From: Mycolicibacterium smegmatis
GTDB taxonomy: Bacteria > Actinomycetota > Actinomycetes > Mycobacteriales > Mycobacteriaceae
Direction: 5' to 3'
DNA length: 32,000 nt
Assembly (NCBI RefSeq): GCF_001457595.1
Contig: NZ_LN831039.1
Location: 450,001-482,000, forward strand
The position numbers were made by a program, and so were the translations under genes. Position 1 is the stretch's first letter. The number at the start of each line of letters is the position of its first letter. Shown piece after piece: positions 21,586-29,444 of this stretch. Under the pieces are notes generated by a model. It ran no database searches, was not told where the DNA came from, and saw only the letters and a list, made by a program, of their open reading frames with translations.

Positions 21586-23493
21586 TCAGCCCTTCCGTTC
21601 CGGATGCTCGGCCAGTTCTTCTGGGGTGTAGTACTTTTCGAGCTCCGAGAGCTCGAAGCACCCCAGCAGATCGGGTCGCATCGGCACCTGCTGCTCGGGT
21701 GTCACCGTCACGTCGGGAACCACCGGGTCACCACCTGAGACGCGGCAGACCAGCAGCGTGTTGCGCCAGTTGGCATCCATCTCCGGGTAGTCGTCGCGTG
21801 TGTGCCCGCCGCGGCTCTCGGTGCGCTGCAGCGCGGCTTTCGCGACGCATTCGCTGACCAGCAGCATGTTGCGCATGTCGATGGCCAGGTGCCAACCGGG
21901 GTTGAACACGCGCCCGCCTTCGACGGTCACATTGGCGTAGCGCCGCTTGAGTTCCTGCAGCCTGTCGAGCGCCTCCTGGATCTCGGCCTCCTTGCGGATG
22001 ATGCCCACCAGGTCGTTCATCGACTGCTGCAGTTCGGCGTGCAGCGTGTAGGGATTCTCGGGTTCGGCCTTGGGCTCGAACGGCGCCAGGACGAGTCGTG
22101 TGGCGTCCTCGACGGCGGCTTCGGAAACCTTCGGCCGGTCCGGAAGGGCCCGCACGTAGTCGGCGGCGCCCAGACCGGCGCGGCGGCCGAACACCAACAG
22201 ATCTGACAGCGAGTTGCCGCCGAGCCGGTTCGAACCGTGCATGCCACCCGAGCACTCGCCCGCGGCGAACAGGCCTGGGGTCGCGCCCGCAGCAGTGTCC
22301 GGATCGACCTCGATACCACCCATGACGTAGTGGCAGGTGGGGCCGACCTCCATGGCGTCCTTGGTGATGTCCACCTCGGCGAGCTCGATGAACTGGTGGT
22401 ACATCGACGGCAGCCTGCGCTTGATCTCCTCGGCGGGCATGCGTGACGCGATGTCGAGGTACACGCCCCCGTGCGGTGAGCCGCGGCCGGCCTTCACCTC
22501 GGCGTTGATGGCGCGGGCCACCTCGTCGCGGGGAAGCAGGTCAGGGGTGCGGCGTGCCGAGTCGTTGTCCTTGAGCCACTGGTCGGCTTCTTCCTCGGTC
22601 TCGGCGTACTGGCCTTTGAACACCGAGGGGATGTAGTCGAACATGAACCGCTTGCCCTCGGAGTTCTTCAGCACCCCGCCGTCGCCGCGCACGCCTTCGG
22701 TGACCAGGATGCCCTTCACCGACAGCGGCCAGACCATGCCGGTCGGGTGGAACTGGATGAACTCCATGTTGATCAGGGCCGAACCGGCGCGCAGTGCCAG
22801 CGCGTGGCCGTCGCCGGTGTACTCCCATGAGTTCGACGACACCTTGAACGACTTGCCGATGCCGCCCGTGGCGAGCACCACCGCGGGCGCCTCGAACAGC
22901 ACGAAGTTGCCGGTCTCGCGGTAGTAGCCGAACGCGCCGGCGATCTTGCCGTCGTCCAGGATCAGTTCGGTGATCGAGGTCTCGTGGAACACCCGGATGC
23001 GGGCCTCGTAGTCGCCGAGTTCACGTTTGTCCTCCTGCTGCAGCGACACGATCTTCTGCTGCAGGGTGCGGATGATCTCCAGGCCGGTGCGGTCGCCGAC
23101 GTGCGCCAGGCGCGGGTAGGTGTGGCCGCCGAAGTTGCGCTGGCTGATCTTGCCGTCCTTGGTGCGGTCGAACAGCGCGCCGTAGGTCTCCAGTTCCCAC
23201 ACGCGGTCGGGCGCCTCCTGCGCGTGCAGTTCGGCCATCCGCCAGTTGTTGAGGAATTTGCCACCGCGCATGGTGTCACCGAAGTGCACCTGCCAGGAGT
23301 CCTTGGTGTTGACGTTGCGCATCGCCGCGGCGCAGCCGCCCTCGGCCATCACGGTATGGGCCTTGCCGAAAAGCGATTTCGTCACCACAGCGACGCGCAG
23401 ACCGCGTTCGCGTGCCTCGATCACGGCGCGCAGTCCCGCCCCGCCGGCACCGATCACGACGACGTCGTAGGAGTGCCGCTCCAGTTCACTCAT
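21586..23493 (-). CDS. sdhA: Succinate dehydrogenase/fumarate reductase flavoprotein subunit
   Basis: 635 aa with FAD motif YDVVVIGAGGAGLRA, active-site region FIQFHPTG, HGSNRLGGNSL and ESRGGHTRDDYP. Confidence 0.95.
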   Translation of the reverse strand: MSELERHSYDVVVIGAGGAGLRAVIEARERGLRVAVVTKSLFGKAHTVMAEGGCAAAMRNVNTKDSWQVHFGDTMRGGKFLNNWRMAELHAQEAPDRVWELETYGALFDRTKDGKISQRNFGGHTYPRLAHVGDRTGLEIIRTLQQKIVSLQQEDKRELGDYEARIRVFHETSITELILDDGKIAGAFGYYRETGNFVLFEAPAVVLATGGIGKSFKVSSNSWEYTGDGHALALRAGSALINMEFIQFHPTGMVWPLSVKGILVTEGVRGDGGVLKNSEGKRFMFDYIPSVFKGQYAETEEEADQWLKDNDSARRTPDLLPRDEVARAINAEVKAGRGSPHGGVYLDIASRMPAEEIKRRLPSMYHQFIELAEVDITKDAMEVGPTCHYVMGGIEVDPDTAAGATPGLFAAGECSGGMHGSNRLGGNSLSDLLVFGRRAGLGAADYVRALPDRPKVSEAAVEDATRLVLAPFEPKAEPENPYTLHAELQQSMNDLVGIIRKEAEIQEALDRLQELKRRYANVTVEGGRVFNPGWHLAIDMRNMLLVSECVAKAALQRTESRGGHTRDDYPEMDANWRNTLLVCRVSGGDPVVPDVTVTPEQQVPMRPDLLGCFELSELEKYYTPEELAEHPERKG

Positions 23494-23575
23494 TTACTCT
23501 CGTTTCGCTTCGGATCGTCTCGTGGAATGTCGGGTGTGTCAGCCAGGCGGATCAGCGCACCTGGCAGTCGGCCTG

Positions 23576-24397
23576 TCAGCCAATGAATCTCAAGTCGGAG
23601 ATGGTCCCGCTGGCCACCAGCATGATGTAGAAGTCGGTGAGCACCAGTGTGCCGAGGGTGATCCAGGCGAACAACATGTGCCGCGTGTTGAGTTTGCTCA
23701 CCTGTGTCCAGATCCAGTACCGGACAGGATGTTTCGAGAAGTGCTTGAGACGGCCGCCGGTGACGTGGCGGCACGAGTGGCAGGACAGCGTGTAGACCCA
23801 CAACAGGATCACATTGCCGGTCAGGATGACATTTCCGAGGCCGAACCCGAAGCCGCTGGGGGAGTGGAACGCGGTGATCGCGTCGTAGGTGTTCACCAGC
23901 GAGATGAGGACGGCGGCGTAGAAGAAGTATCGGTGAATGTTCTGCAGGATCAGCGGAAAACGGGTTTCACCAGTGTATTTCGCGTGCGGCTCGGCCACTG
24001 CGCAGGCCGTCGGCGACTGCCACACCGACCGGTAGTAGGCCTTGCGGTAGTAGTAGCAGGTGAGCCGGAACGCCAAGAGGAACGGCAGTGAGATGAACGC
24101 CATCGGGATGAACCACGGCAGGTCACCCACCCACTGGCCGAAGTGGCTGGACCCGGGCGCACACGCCGTGCTCACGCACGGCGAGTAGAACGGCGTCAGG
24201 TAGTGGTAGTCCGCCACCCAGTACGCACTGCCCCAGAACGCCCGGATCGTCGCGTAGATGACGAATGCGGCCAGTCCGAGATTGGTCAACAGTGGTGCCT
24301 GCCACCACCGGTCGGTCCGTAGGGTGCGTTCGGGGATCTGCGCTCGCCTCGGCGAGAAGACCCCGGTCGCGCGACGGTCAGCGGTGGGTGCGCTCAC
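23576..24397 (-). CDS. sdhC: Sdh1-type succinate dehydrogenase membrane-anchor subunit
   Basis: 273-aa polytopic membrane protein (LLTNLGLAAFVIYATIRAFWG...) with GTG start, directly upstream of sdhA. Contains HYLTPFYSPCVSTAC and SCHSCRH clusters. Confidence 0.85.
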   Translation of the reverse strand: MSAPTADRRATGVFSPRRAQIPERTLRTDRWWQAPLLTNLGLAAFVIYATIRAFWGSAYWVADYHYLTPFYSPCVSTACAPGSSHFGQWVGDLPWFIPMAFISLPFLLAFRLTCYYYRKAYYRSVWQSPTACAVAEPHAKYTGETRFPLILQNIHRYFFYAAVLISLVNTYDAITAFHSPSGFGFGLGNVILTGNVILLWVYTLSCHSCRHVTGGRLKHFSKHPVRYWIWTQVSKLNTRHMLFAWITLGTLVLTDFYIMLVASGTISDLRFIG

Positions 24398-24449
24398 GGT
24401 TTCCTTTCTGCGGTTCAGTTGTCGGCGTGGGCGTCAAACGCCCACGGGC

Positions 24450-24746
24450 TCAGCGGTATCCGCCGAGCCCCTCGTCGGCGACGTCCTGCCAGAACTCGGT
24501 TCCGTACTGTGTGTCGGGAACCGGGATCTTCTCGGTGCCCGGTTTCGTACGGGTGATGCCGTGGTGCATCTCGAGTTCTTCGGCGTCGATGTCGAGGCGG
24601 TCGATGTCGTTGAGGATGCGTTCGGCGTCGTTCGTGACGCGACGCATCGCCGGGGAGTCCCCGTACTTGGCCGCCAGCGTGGTGACGCAACGGCGCATGT
24701 CGCCGATCAGATTGTGCAGCTCAGCGAACTCTGTCGTGGTGGACAA
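24450..24746 (-). CDS. Conserved hypothetical protein (98 aa), first gene of the sdh cluster
   Basis: MSTTTEFAELHNLIGDMRRCVTTLAAKYG...; TTG start preceded by GAGGAGG. Same orientation as sdhCAB. Resembles the Rv0250c-type gene upstream of the M. tuberculosis Rv0249c-Rv0247c cluster (recalled synteny). Confidence 0.8.
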   Translation of the reverse strand: MSTTTEFAELHNLIGDMRRCVTTLAAKYGDSPAMRRVTNDAERILNDIDRLDIDAEELEMHHGITRTKPGTEKIPVPDTQYGTEFWQDVADEGLGGYR

Positions 24747-25010
24747 GTGACCTCCTCGGGCTGAAGGGTGTCGTGAATCACATTACGACAACCGATGGTA
24801 GCCACATCACGATCCGAACGTGACGCGCATCACGTCAGCGAGGGGCGTGGTGCGCGGTGCGCATTCCCGGTGCCCTTCCGGCAAGGCGGTGTCGAGGCGT
24901 CGCGCCAGGCCGTGTCGCGGATAGGCAAACAACTCCGGTGACACCTTCTCAGCAAGGTTGTAGCCTCGGTTCGCGACATCTGTGGAGGGCCGGGAAGGCT
25001 GGGGGTTTGC

Positions 25011-25778
25011 ATGGGCAACACGCGCTCGGATGGGCTCGAGGCCAAGGCGGAAGCGCTGCTGGCACTGCACCGGCCCGGTGACCCCGGTGTGCTGCCCACG
25101 GTGTGGGACGCATGGTCGGCCCGGCTGGCGGTCGACGCGGGTTTCGCGGCGCTGACGGTCGGCAGCCACCCGGTGGCCGACTCCATCGGCAAGTCCGATG
25201 GCGAGAACATGGCGTTCGAGGATCTCCTGACACGGGTCCGCCAGATCACCGCGGCGGTCGAGGTCCCGGTGTCCGTCGACATCGAGTCCGGATACGGTGA
25301 GTCGCCCGAACGGCTGATCGAAGGGCTGCTCGACGCCGGGGTGGTCGGCTTCAACCTCGAGGACACGGTCCACAAGGAGGGCAAGCGCCTGCGCACGGCC
25401 ACCGAGCACGCCGAACTGGTGGGTCAACTGCGTGCGGCAGCCGATGCCGCGGGCGTGCACGTGGTGATCAACGCGCGTACCGACCTGTTCCTGCGCAACG
25501 ACGGTGACGACGCCGACCGCGTCGAGCGCGCGATCGCGCGGATGTCGGAGGCCGCCGCAGCCGGCGCCGACTCGCTGTTCCCCGCCGGACTGCGGGACCC
25601 GGAAGGATTGGCGCGGTTCACCTCCGCGGTGTCCCTGCCGGTTAGTGTGACCGTGCCGCCCGAGGACACCGACAAGGCCGCGCTCGCCGCGCTCGGGGTC
25701 GGGCGCATCACGTTCGGGCCGTTCCTGCAGTGGGCGCTCGGTGCGCAGGCGAAGGAAATCCTCGGGCTCTGGGCCTGA
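25011..25778 (+). CDS. Isocitrate lyase/phosphoenolpyruvate mutase family protein
   Basis: 255 aa: LPTVWDAWSARLAVDAGFAALTVGSHPVADSIGKSDGE...VPVSVDIESGYG...GFNLEDTVHKEGKRLR...VVINARTDLFL matches the PEP mutase family core. Confidence 0.85.
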   Translation: MGNTRSDGLEAKAEALLALHRPGDPGVLPTVWDAWSARLAVDAGFAALTVGSHPVADSIGKSDGENMAFEDLLTRVRQITAAVEVPVSVDIESGYGESPERLIEGLLDAGVVGFNLEDTVHKEGKRLRTATEHAELVGQLRAAADAAGVHVVINARTDLFLRNDGDDADRVERAIARMSEAAAAGADSLFPAGLRDPEGLARFTSAVSLPVSVTVPPEDTDKAALAALGVGRITFGPFLQWALGAQAKEILGLWA

Positions 25779-25845
25779 CGCGACGAACAGCGCTCTGCCG
25801 GTCAACTCGGCATGTCAAGTGCTTCCGGCTGGCAAGATGCTGTGC

Positions 25846-26361
25846 ATGGTTGGCCACAGGATGTGTGCGGCGGCCTCGGCGCCCGTGACGGCTGTGTTGG
25901 CAATGGCGGCGGTCGCTCCCATGGCGGCGGCCGATCCGGGGTCTTCGGCGTCGGGCCTTGAGATGATCCCGCTGCAGAACGTGATCCGTCAGTGCGACTT
26001 CGTGGTCGAGCAGTTCTTGATGGGCCGCGGCAACGGAACCGGTTCCGGCGCCGTCGAGATCGGGTCCGTCGGCGACGGCACCGTACGCGCCGACGTGCGT
26101 ATGCAGACCCTGCGCCCCAACACGACCTACCGGGTCCGGCTGATCCAGTTGCCGCGGCCGTCGGTGGCGCCCTGCAATCCGGGAGATCCCGGGGTGGCGA
26201 CCGCCACGATGTTCGCCGATTTCGCGGGCAACGGGTCGACCACGATCACCGGCCGCCGCGAGCCGGGGGCGCGCCAGGCGTGGGTCGTCGTCGAGGGGCC
26301 GCCGGTCCCGGGCGGGGTCCGCGGTGACGTGTACTCCACGGTCACCCTCGCGAAGATCTGA
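25846..26361 (+). CDS. Small secreted hypothetical protein
   Basis: MVGHRMCAAASAPVTAVLAMAAVAPMAAADPG resembles a signal peptide. Start uncertain: 25837, 25846 and 25861 are all in frame. Internal Cys pair (RQCDF, APCNPG). Confidence 0.65.
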   Translation: MVGHRMCAAASAPVTAVLAMAAVAPMAAADPGSSASGLEMIPLQNVIRQCDFVVEQFLMGRGNGTGSGAVEIGSVGDGTVRADVRMQTLRPNTTYRVRLIQLPRPSVAPCNPGDPGVATATMFADFAGNGSTTITGRREPGARQAWVVVEGPPVPGGVRGDVYSTVTLAKI

Positions 26362-26375
26362 GCCCGGAACGCGAA

Positions 26376-26406
26376 AACCGGTGGCACCACGGGGGTGCCA
26401 CCGGTT
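26376..26406. terminator. Intrinsic terminator between convergent genes
   Basis: AACCGGTGGCACC-ACGGG-GGTGCCACCGGTT: perfect 13-bp arms, followed on the + strand by CTTTC. Confidence 0.85.
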
Positions 26407-26438
26407 CTTTCGGATCCGGATGTTGCCGAGGAGTGCGG

Positions 26439-26882
26439 TTACCGGCTCTCGATCGCGATGCGCTGAGGCTGCTCGCCCGCGTAGGCACCGGCGACCCGTA
26501 CCTTCAGTACGCCTGCGTCGTAGGACGCGGTGACCGCGTCGCCCGTGACGTGCGCGGGCAGCTTGAACTCACGGCGGAAGGAGCCGTAGCGGACCTCACT
26601 GTAGGTGCGGCCGTCGGATTCCTCGGAGCGTTCGTCACGTCGCTCGCCGTGGATGACCAACCGGCCGCGGTCGACCTCGACGTTGACGTCCTTGCCGACA
26701 TCCACACCGGGGAGTTCGACGGACACCACGGCGTCCTCACCGTCTCTTGTGACCTCGGCGGCCGGGGTGAATCCCTTGAACCAGTCGTCGGTGGTGGCCG
26801 GGCCGAAGAAGTCCCGCACCCAATTGTCGAGCTGCCAGGCGGGCCGGGTCCACACCGCGGGCGTCTTCATCAGCGTGCTCAT
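26439..26882 (-). CDS. hsp20: Hsp20/alpha-crystallin family small heat shock protein
   Basis: 147 aa with ACD core AEVTRDGEDAVVSVELPGVDVGKDVNVEVDRGRLVIHGERR...GSFRREFKLPAHV...ASYDAGVLKVRV. GGGAGG upstream of ATG. Confidence 0.92.
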   Translation of the reverse strand: MSTLMKTPAVWTRPAWQLDNWVRDFFGPATTDDWFKGFTPAAEVTRDGEDAVVSVELPGVDVGKDVNVEVDRGRLVIHGERRDERSEESDGRTYSEVRYGSFRREFKLPAHVTGDAVTASYDAGVLKVRVAGAYAGEQPQRIAIESR

Positions 26883-26941
26883 CGTTGTGCCTCCCTTTCT
26901 CGTCTTCTCGACCGGCCCCGTGCCGGTCTGTCACCTCTCAT

Positions 26942-26969
26942 AACTTGAGTCGACCACGCTCATGTTCCC
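26942..26969 (-). promoter_or_regulatory. SigH/SigE-type promoter with overlapping HAIR-like element upstream of hsp20
   Basis: Minus strand: GGGAACA (26969-26963), 17-nt spacer, then AGTT with GTT at 26944-26942. CTTGAGT-N7-GCTCATG spans 26944-26964. Confidence 0.6.
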
Positions 26970-27895
26970 GCGTGGGAGTTCGCTCTCGGCGAACGCCGCA
27001 TCCGTACCGCGAACCCGGCCGAGGCGACCACGGCCGCGCCGCCGCACGCCGTTGTCCACGTGAGGCTTTCGTGCAACAACAGCGCGGCCCAGCAGATGGT
27101 CAGCACGGGTTGGACAAGTTGGACCTGACTCACCTGGGCCATCGGCCCGATGGCCAGGCCGCGGTACCACGCGAAAAACCCGAGGAACATGCTGACCGCG
27201 GCCAGGTAACCGAAGGCGGCCCACTCGCCCGCGCCTGCCTGCGGCGGGCGGTCGACGACGGCCGCCGCGGTCAGCGCCACCATCACCGGCGCTGCCACCA
27301 CGAGCGCCCATGAGACGGTCTGCCACGAGCCGAGTTCCCTTGCCAGCAGGCCTCCTTCGGCATACCCGATCGCCGCGGCGATCACGGCGCCGAACAGCAA
27401 CAGGTCAGCCCAGTGCAACTGGCCCACGCCGCCGCCGTGCAACATCGCGAACACCACCGCCGCGAGGGCCCCGGCGCCCGCCGCGGCCCAGAATGCCAGC
27501 GGCGGATGCTCACGACACCGCAGCACCGCGGCGACGGCCGTGGCGGCGGGCAGCAGGGCGATCACCACGGCCCCGTGCGTCGCGGGGACTGTGGTCAGCG
27601 CGTACGACGTCAGCAGCGGAAACCCGGCCACCACTCCCGCGGCGACCACACCGAGGCGCAGCCACTGCCTGCCCTGCGGCAGCGCCGCTCGGGTGAACGT
27701 GAGCGCCGCAGCTGCCAGCGCGGCCGCGACGACGGCGCGTCCGGCCCCGATGAACAGGGGCGAGAGGCCGCCGAGGGCAACGCGCGTGAAGATCACCGTG
27801 AACGAGAACGCCGCAACGCCCAGGAAACCCCAGCCCAGGCCCGCGCGGGATAGCGCGGGCGACAGAAGCGCAGTAGCGCTACTCTCATCTGACAT
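26960..27895 (-). CDS. EamA/DMT-superfamily transporter
   Basis: MSDESSATALLSPALSRAGLGWGFLGVAAFSFTVIFTRVALGGLSPLFIGAGRAVVAA... with repeated hydrophobic helices. ATG at 27895 preferred over the track start at 28060, which lies inside the divergent gene. Confidence 0.85.
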   Translation of the reverse strand: MSDESSATALLSPALSRAGLGWGFLGVAAFSFTVIFTRVALGGLSPLFIGAGRAVVAAALAAAALTFTRAALPQGRQWLRLGVVAAGVVAGFPLLTSYALTTVPATHGAVVIALLPAATAVAAVLRCREHPPLAFWAAAGAGALAAVVFAMLHGGGVGQLHWADLLLFGAVIAAAIGYAEGGLLARELGSWQTVSWALVVAAPVMVALTAAAVVDRPPQAGAGEWAAFGYLAAVSMFLGFFAWYRGLAIGPMAQVSQVQLVQPVLTICWAALLLHESLTWTTACGGAAVVASAGFAVRMRRSPRANSHAGT

Positions 27896-29303
27896 GGACA
27901 ACGATAGCACCGAGCGAATCGTGCGCGGGATGCGCCAGTGGATCGCCGGTGCGCCGCCCGGTGCGCAGTTGCCGTCCAACCGCGCCCTCGTCGCGCAGTA
28001 TGGCGCCAGTCCGGTGACCGTCGCCAGCGCGATGCGGACGCTACGAGGGCTAGGGCTCATCGAAACACGGCCCGGCGTAGGTACTTTCGTGCGGGTCAGC
28101 CGTTCGTCGCGTCCACCCGACTACGCATGGCAGACCGCGGCGCTCGGCTCGCCCCGCGCACGGATCCCGGTTCTGTCGGCACCCATGCGTTACGGTGCGC
28201 CCGATGCGGTAGCGCTGCACTCCGGATATCCTGCGCGGGAACTGCTGCCGCAGCGGTTGGTGCGCGCTGCACTCACCAGGGCAGCGCGCAGCGAGGCGGC
28301 GCTGAGCCGCTCGGCCGTCACGGGCCTGCCCGATCTGCAGGCGTGGTTCGCGCAGGAGCTCGCCGAAGCCGTACCCGCGGGCAGATCGGCGCCGGGACCT
28401 CGCGACGTGGTCGTGCTGCCCGGCAGTCAGAGCGGGCTCAGCTCCGCGTTTCGTGCGCTGGTGGGGCACGGGCAGCCGCTGCTCATCGAGTCACCCACCT
28501 ACTGGGGTGCGATCATCGCGGCCGCGCAAGCCGGTGTCCGCGTTGTGCCGGTGCCCAGCGGTGTGGACGGTCCCGACCCCGACGAGCTCGCGCGTGCGTT
28601 CGACGACACCGGCGCCAGGGTGTTCTACGCGCAACCCAACTTTGCCAATCCCACAGGGGCGCAATGGGGTACCGAGCGCGTCGAACAGATTCTCGATGTC
28701 GTCCGTGCCCGCAAGGCGTTCCTGATCGACGACGACTGGGCACACGATTTCGGTATCGACTCCACGGCGCGACCAGTTGCCGCGCACGACGACGACGGCC
28801 ACGTCATCTACCTGCGGTCGCTCACCAAGAGCGTCTCACCGGCGATGCGGGTGGCGGCCGTCATCGCGCGCGGACCCGTGCTGGAGCGCATCGTCGCCGA
28901 CCGGGGCGCCGAGTCGATGTATGTCAGCGGTGTGTTGCAGGCCGCGGTGCTCGACGTCGTGACACAGCCGGCCTGGCGCAGCCACCTGCGCGACCTGCGT
29001 GCACAACTGCGGCAACGACGTGACCTCATGGTGTCGTGCCTGGCCGAGCACGTGGATGCCGCTCACCTCGAACAGGTTCCGCACGGCGGCCTGCACCTGT
29101 GGTTACGCCTTCCCGACCAGACCGACCTCGACCGGCTCGTCCGTGACTGCGAGGCCGACAAGGTCCTCGTCGCGGCGGGCACGGAGTGGTTCCCCGCCGA
29201 GCCGTCCGGGCGATATCTGCGCCTGAACTTCTCCGGGCCGGAGCCCGACCGGTTCGAGGAGGCGGCGCGCGTGATCGGACGGTCGCTGCGCAGGCAGTGC
29301 TGA
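27894..29303 (+). CDS. MocR-type transcriptional regulator (GntR HTH + aminotransferase class I domain)
   Basis: MDNDSTERIVRGMRQWIAGAPPGAQLPSNRALVAQYGASPVTVASAMRTLRGLGLIETRPGVGTFVR (wHTH), then an aminotransferase fold: YAQPNFANPTG, IDDDWAHDF and YLRSLTKSVSPAMR with the PLP-type Lys. The track start at 27540 lies inside the divergent gene. Confidence 0.88.
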   Translation: MDNDSTERIVRGMRQWIAGAPPGAQLPSNRALVAQYGASPVTVASAMRTLRGLGLIETRPGVGTFVRVSRSSRPPDYAWQTAALGSPRARIPVLSAPMRYGAPDAVALHSGYPARELLPQRLVRAALTRAARSEAALSRSAVTGLPDLQAWFAQELAEAVPAGRSAPGPRDVVVLPGSQSGLSSAFRALVGHGQPLLIESPTYWGAIIAAAQAGVRVVPVPSGVDGPDPDELARAFDDTGARVFYAQPNFANPTGAQWGTERVEQILDVVRARKAFLIDDDWAHDFGIDSTARPVAAHDDDGHVIYLRSLTKSVSPAMRVAAVIARGPVLERIVADRGAESMYVSGVLQAAVLDVVTQPAWRSHLRDLRAQLRQRRDLMVSCLAEHVDAAHLEQVPHGGLHLWLRLPDQTDLDRLVRDCEADKVLVAAGTEWFPAEPSGRYLRLNFSGPEPDRFEEAARVIGRSLRRQC

Positions 29304-29336
29304 CCCGGCGGTTGTAGCCTGACTGCGGTCCGGAGC

Positions 29337-29350
29337 TCACCGGTCGGTGA
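29337..29350. promoter_or_regulatory. Inverted repeat TCACCG-GT-CGGTGA upstream of nirB
   Basis: Perfect 6-bp arms, about 95 bp upstream of the nirB ATG. Candidate operator. Confidence 0.35.
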
Positions 29351-29432
29351 CCTCACATGTGCGTTGCCGATGACGTGAGCACACCGTGATGGGGGCTTCA
29401 CACAGCGCGACATCGCGGCAATATCGGGTTCC

Positions 29433-29438
29433 TAGCCT
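29433..29438 (+). promoter_or_regulatory. Candidate -10 element (TAGCCT) of nirB
   Basis: TANNNT hexamer ending 6 nt before the A of the nirB ATG, placing the predicted +1 on that A. Confidence 0.45.
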
Positions 29439-29444
29439 CGCCCT

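Noticed and set aside
24751-25010. Possible RNA gene or extra CDS in the gap before the PEP mutase-family gene
   Set aside because: No tRNA-like cloverleaf and no ORF with family resemblance could be supported; treated as promoter/intergenic DNA.
24807-25805. 332-aa minus strand ORF spanning the PEP mutase-family gene
   Set aside because: Antisense to a clear family match; composition typical of a shadow ORF.
27413-27893. + strand extension of the MocR ORF upstream to 27540, and ORF 27413-27853
   Set aside because: This region encodes the EamA transporter on the minus strand. MocR N-terminal homology begins at MDNDSTERIVRGMRQW.
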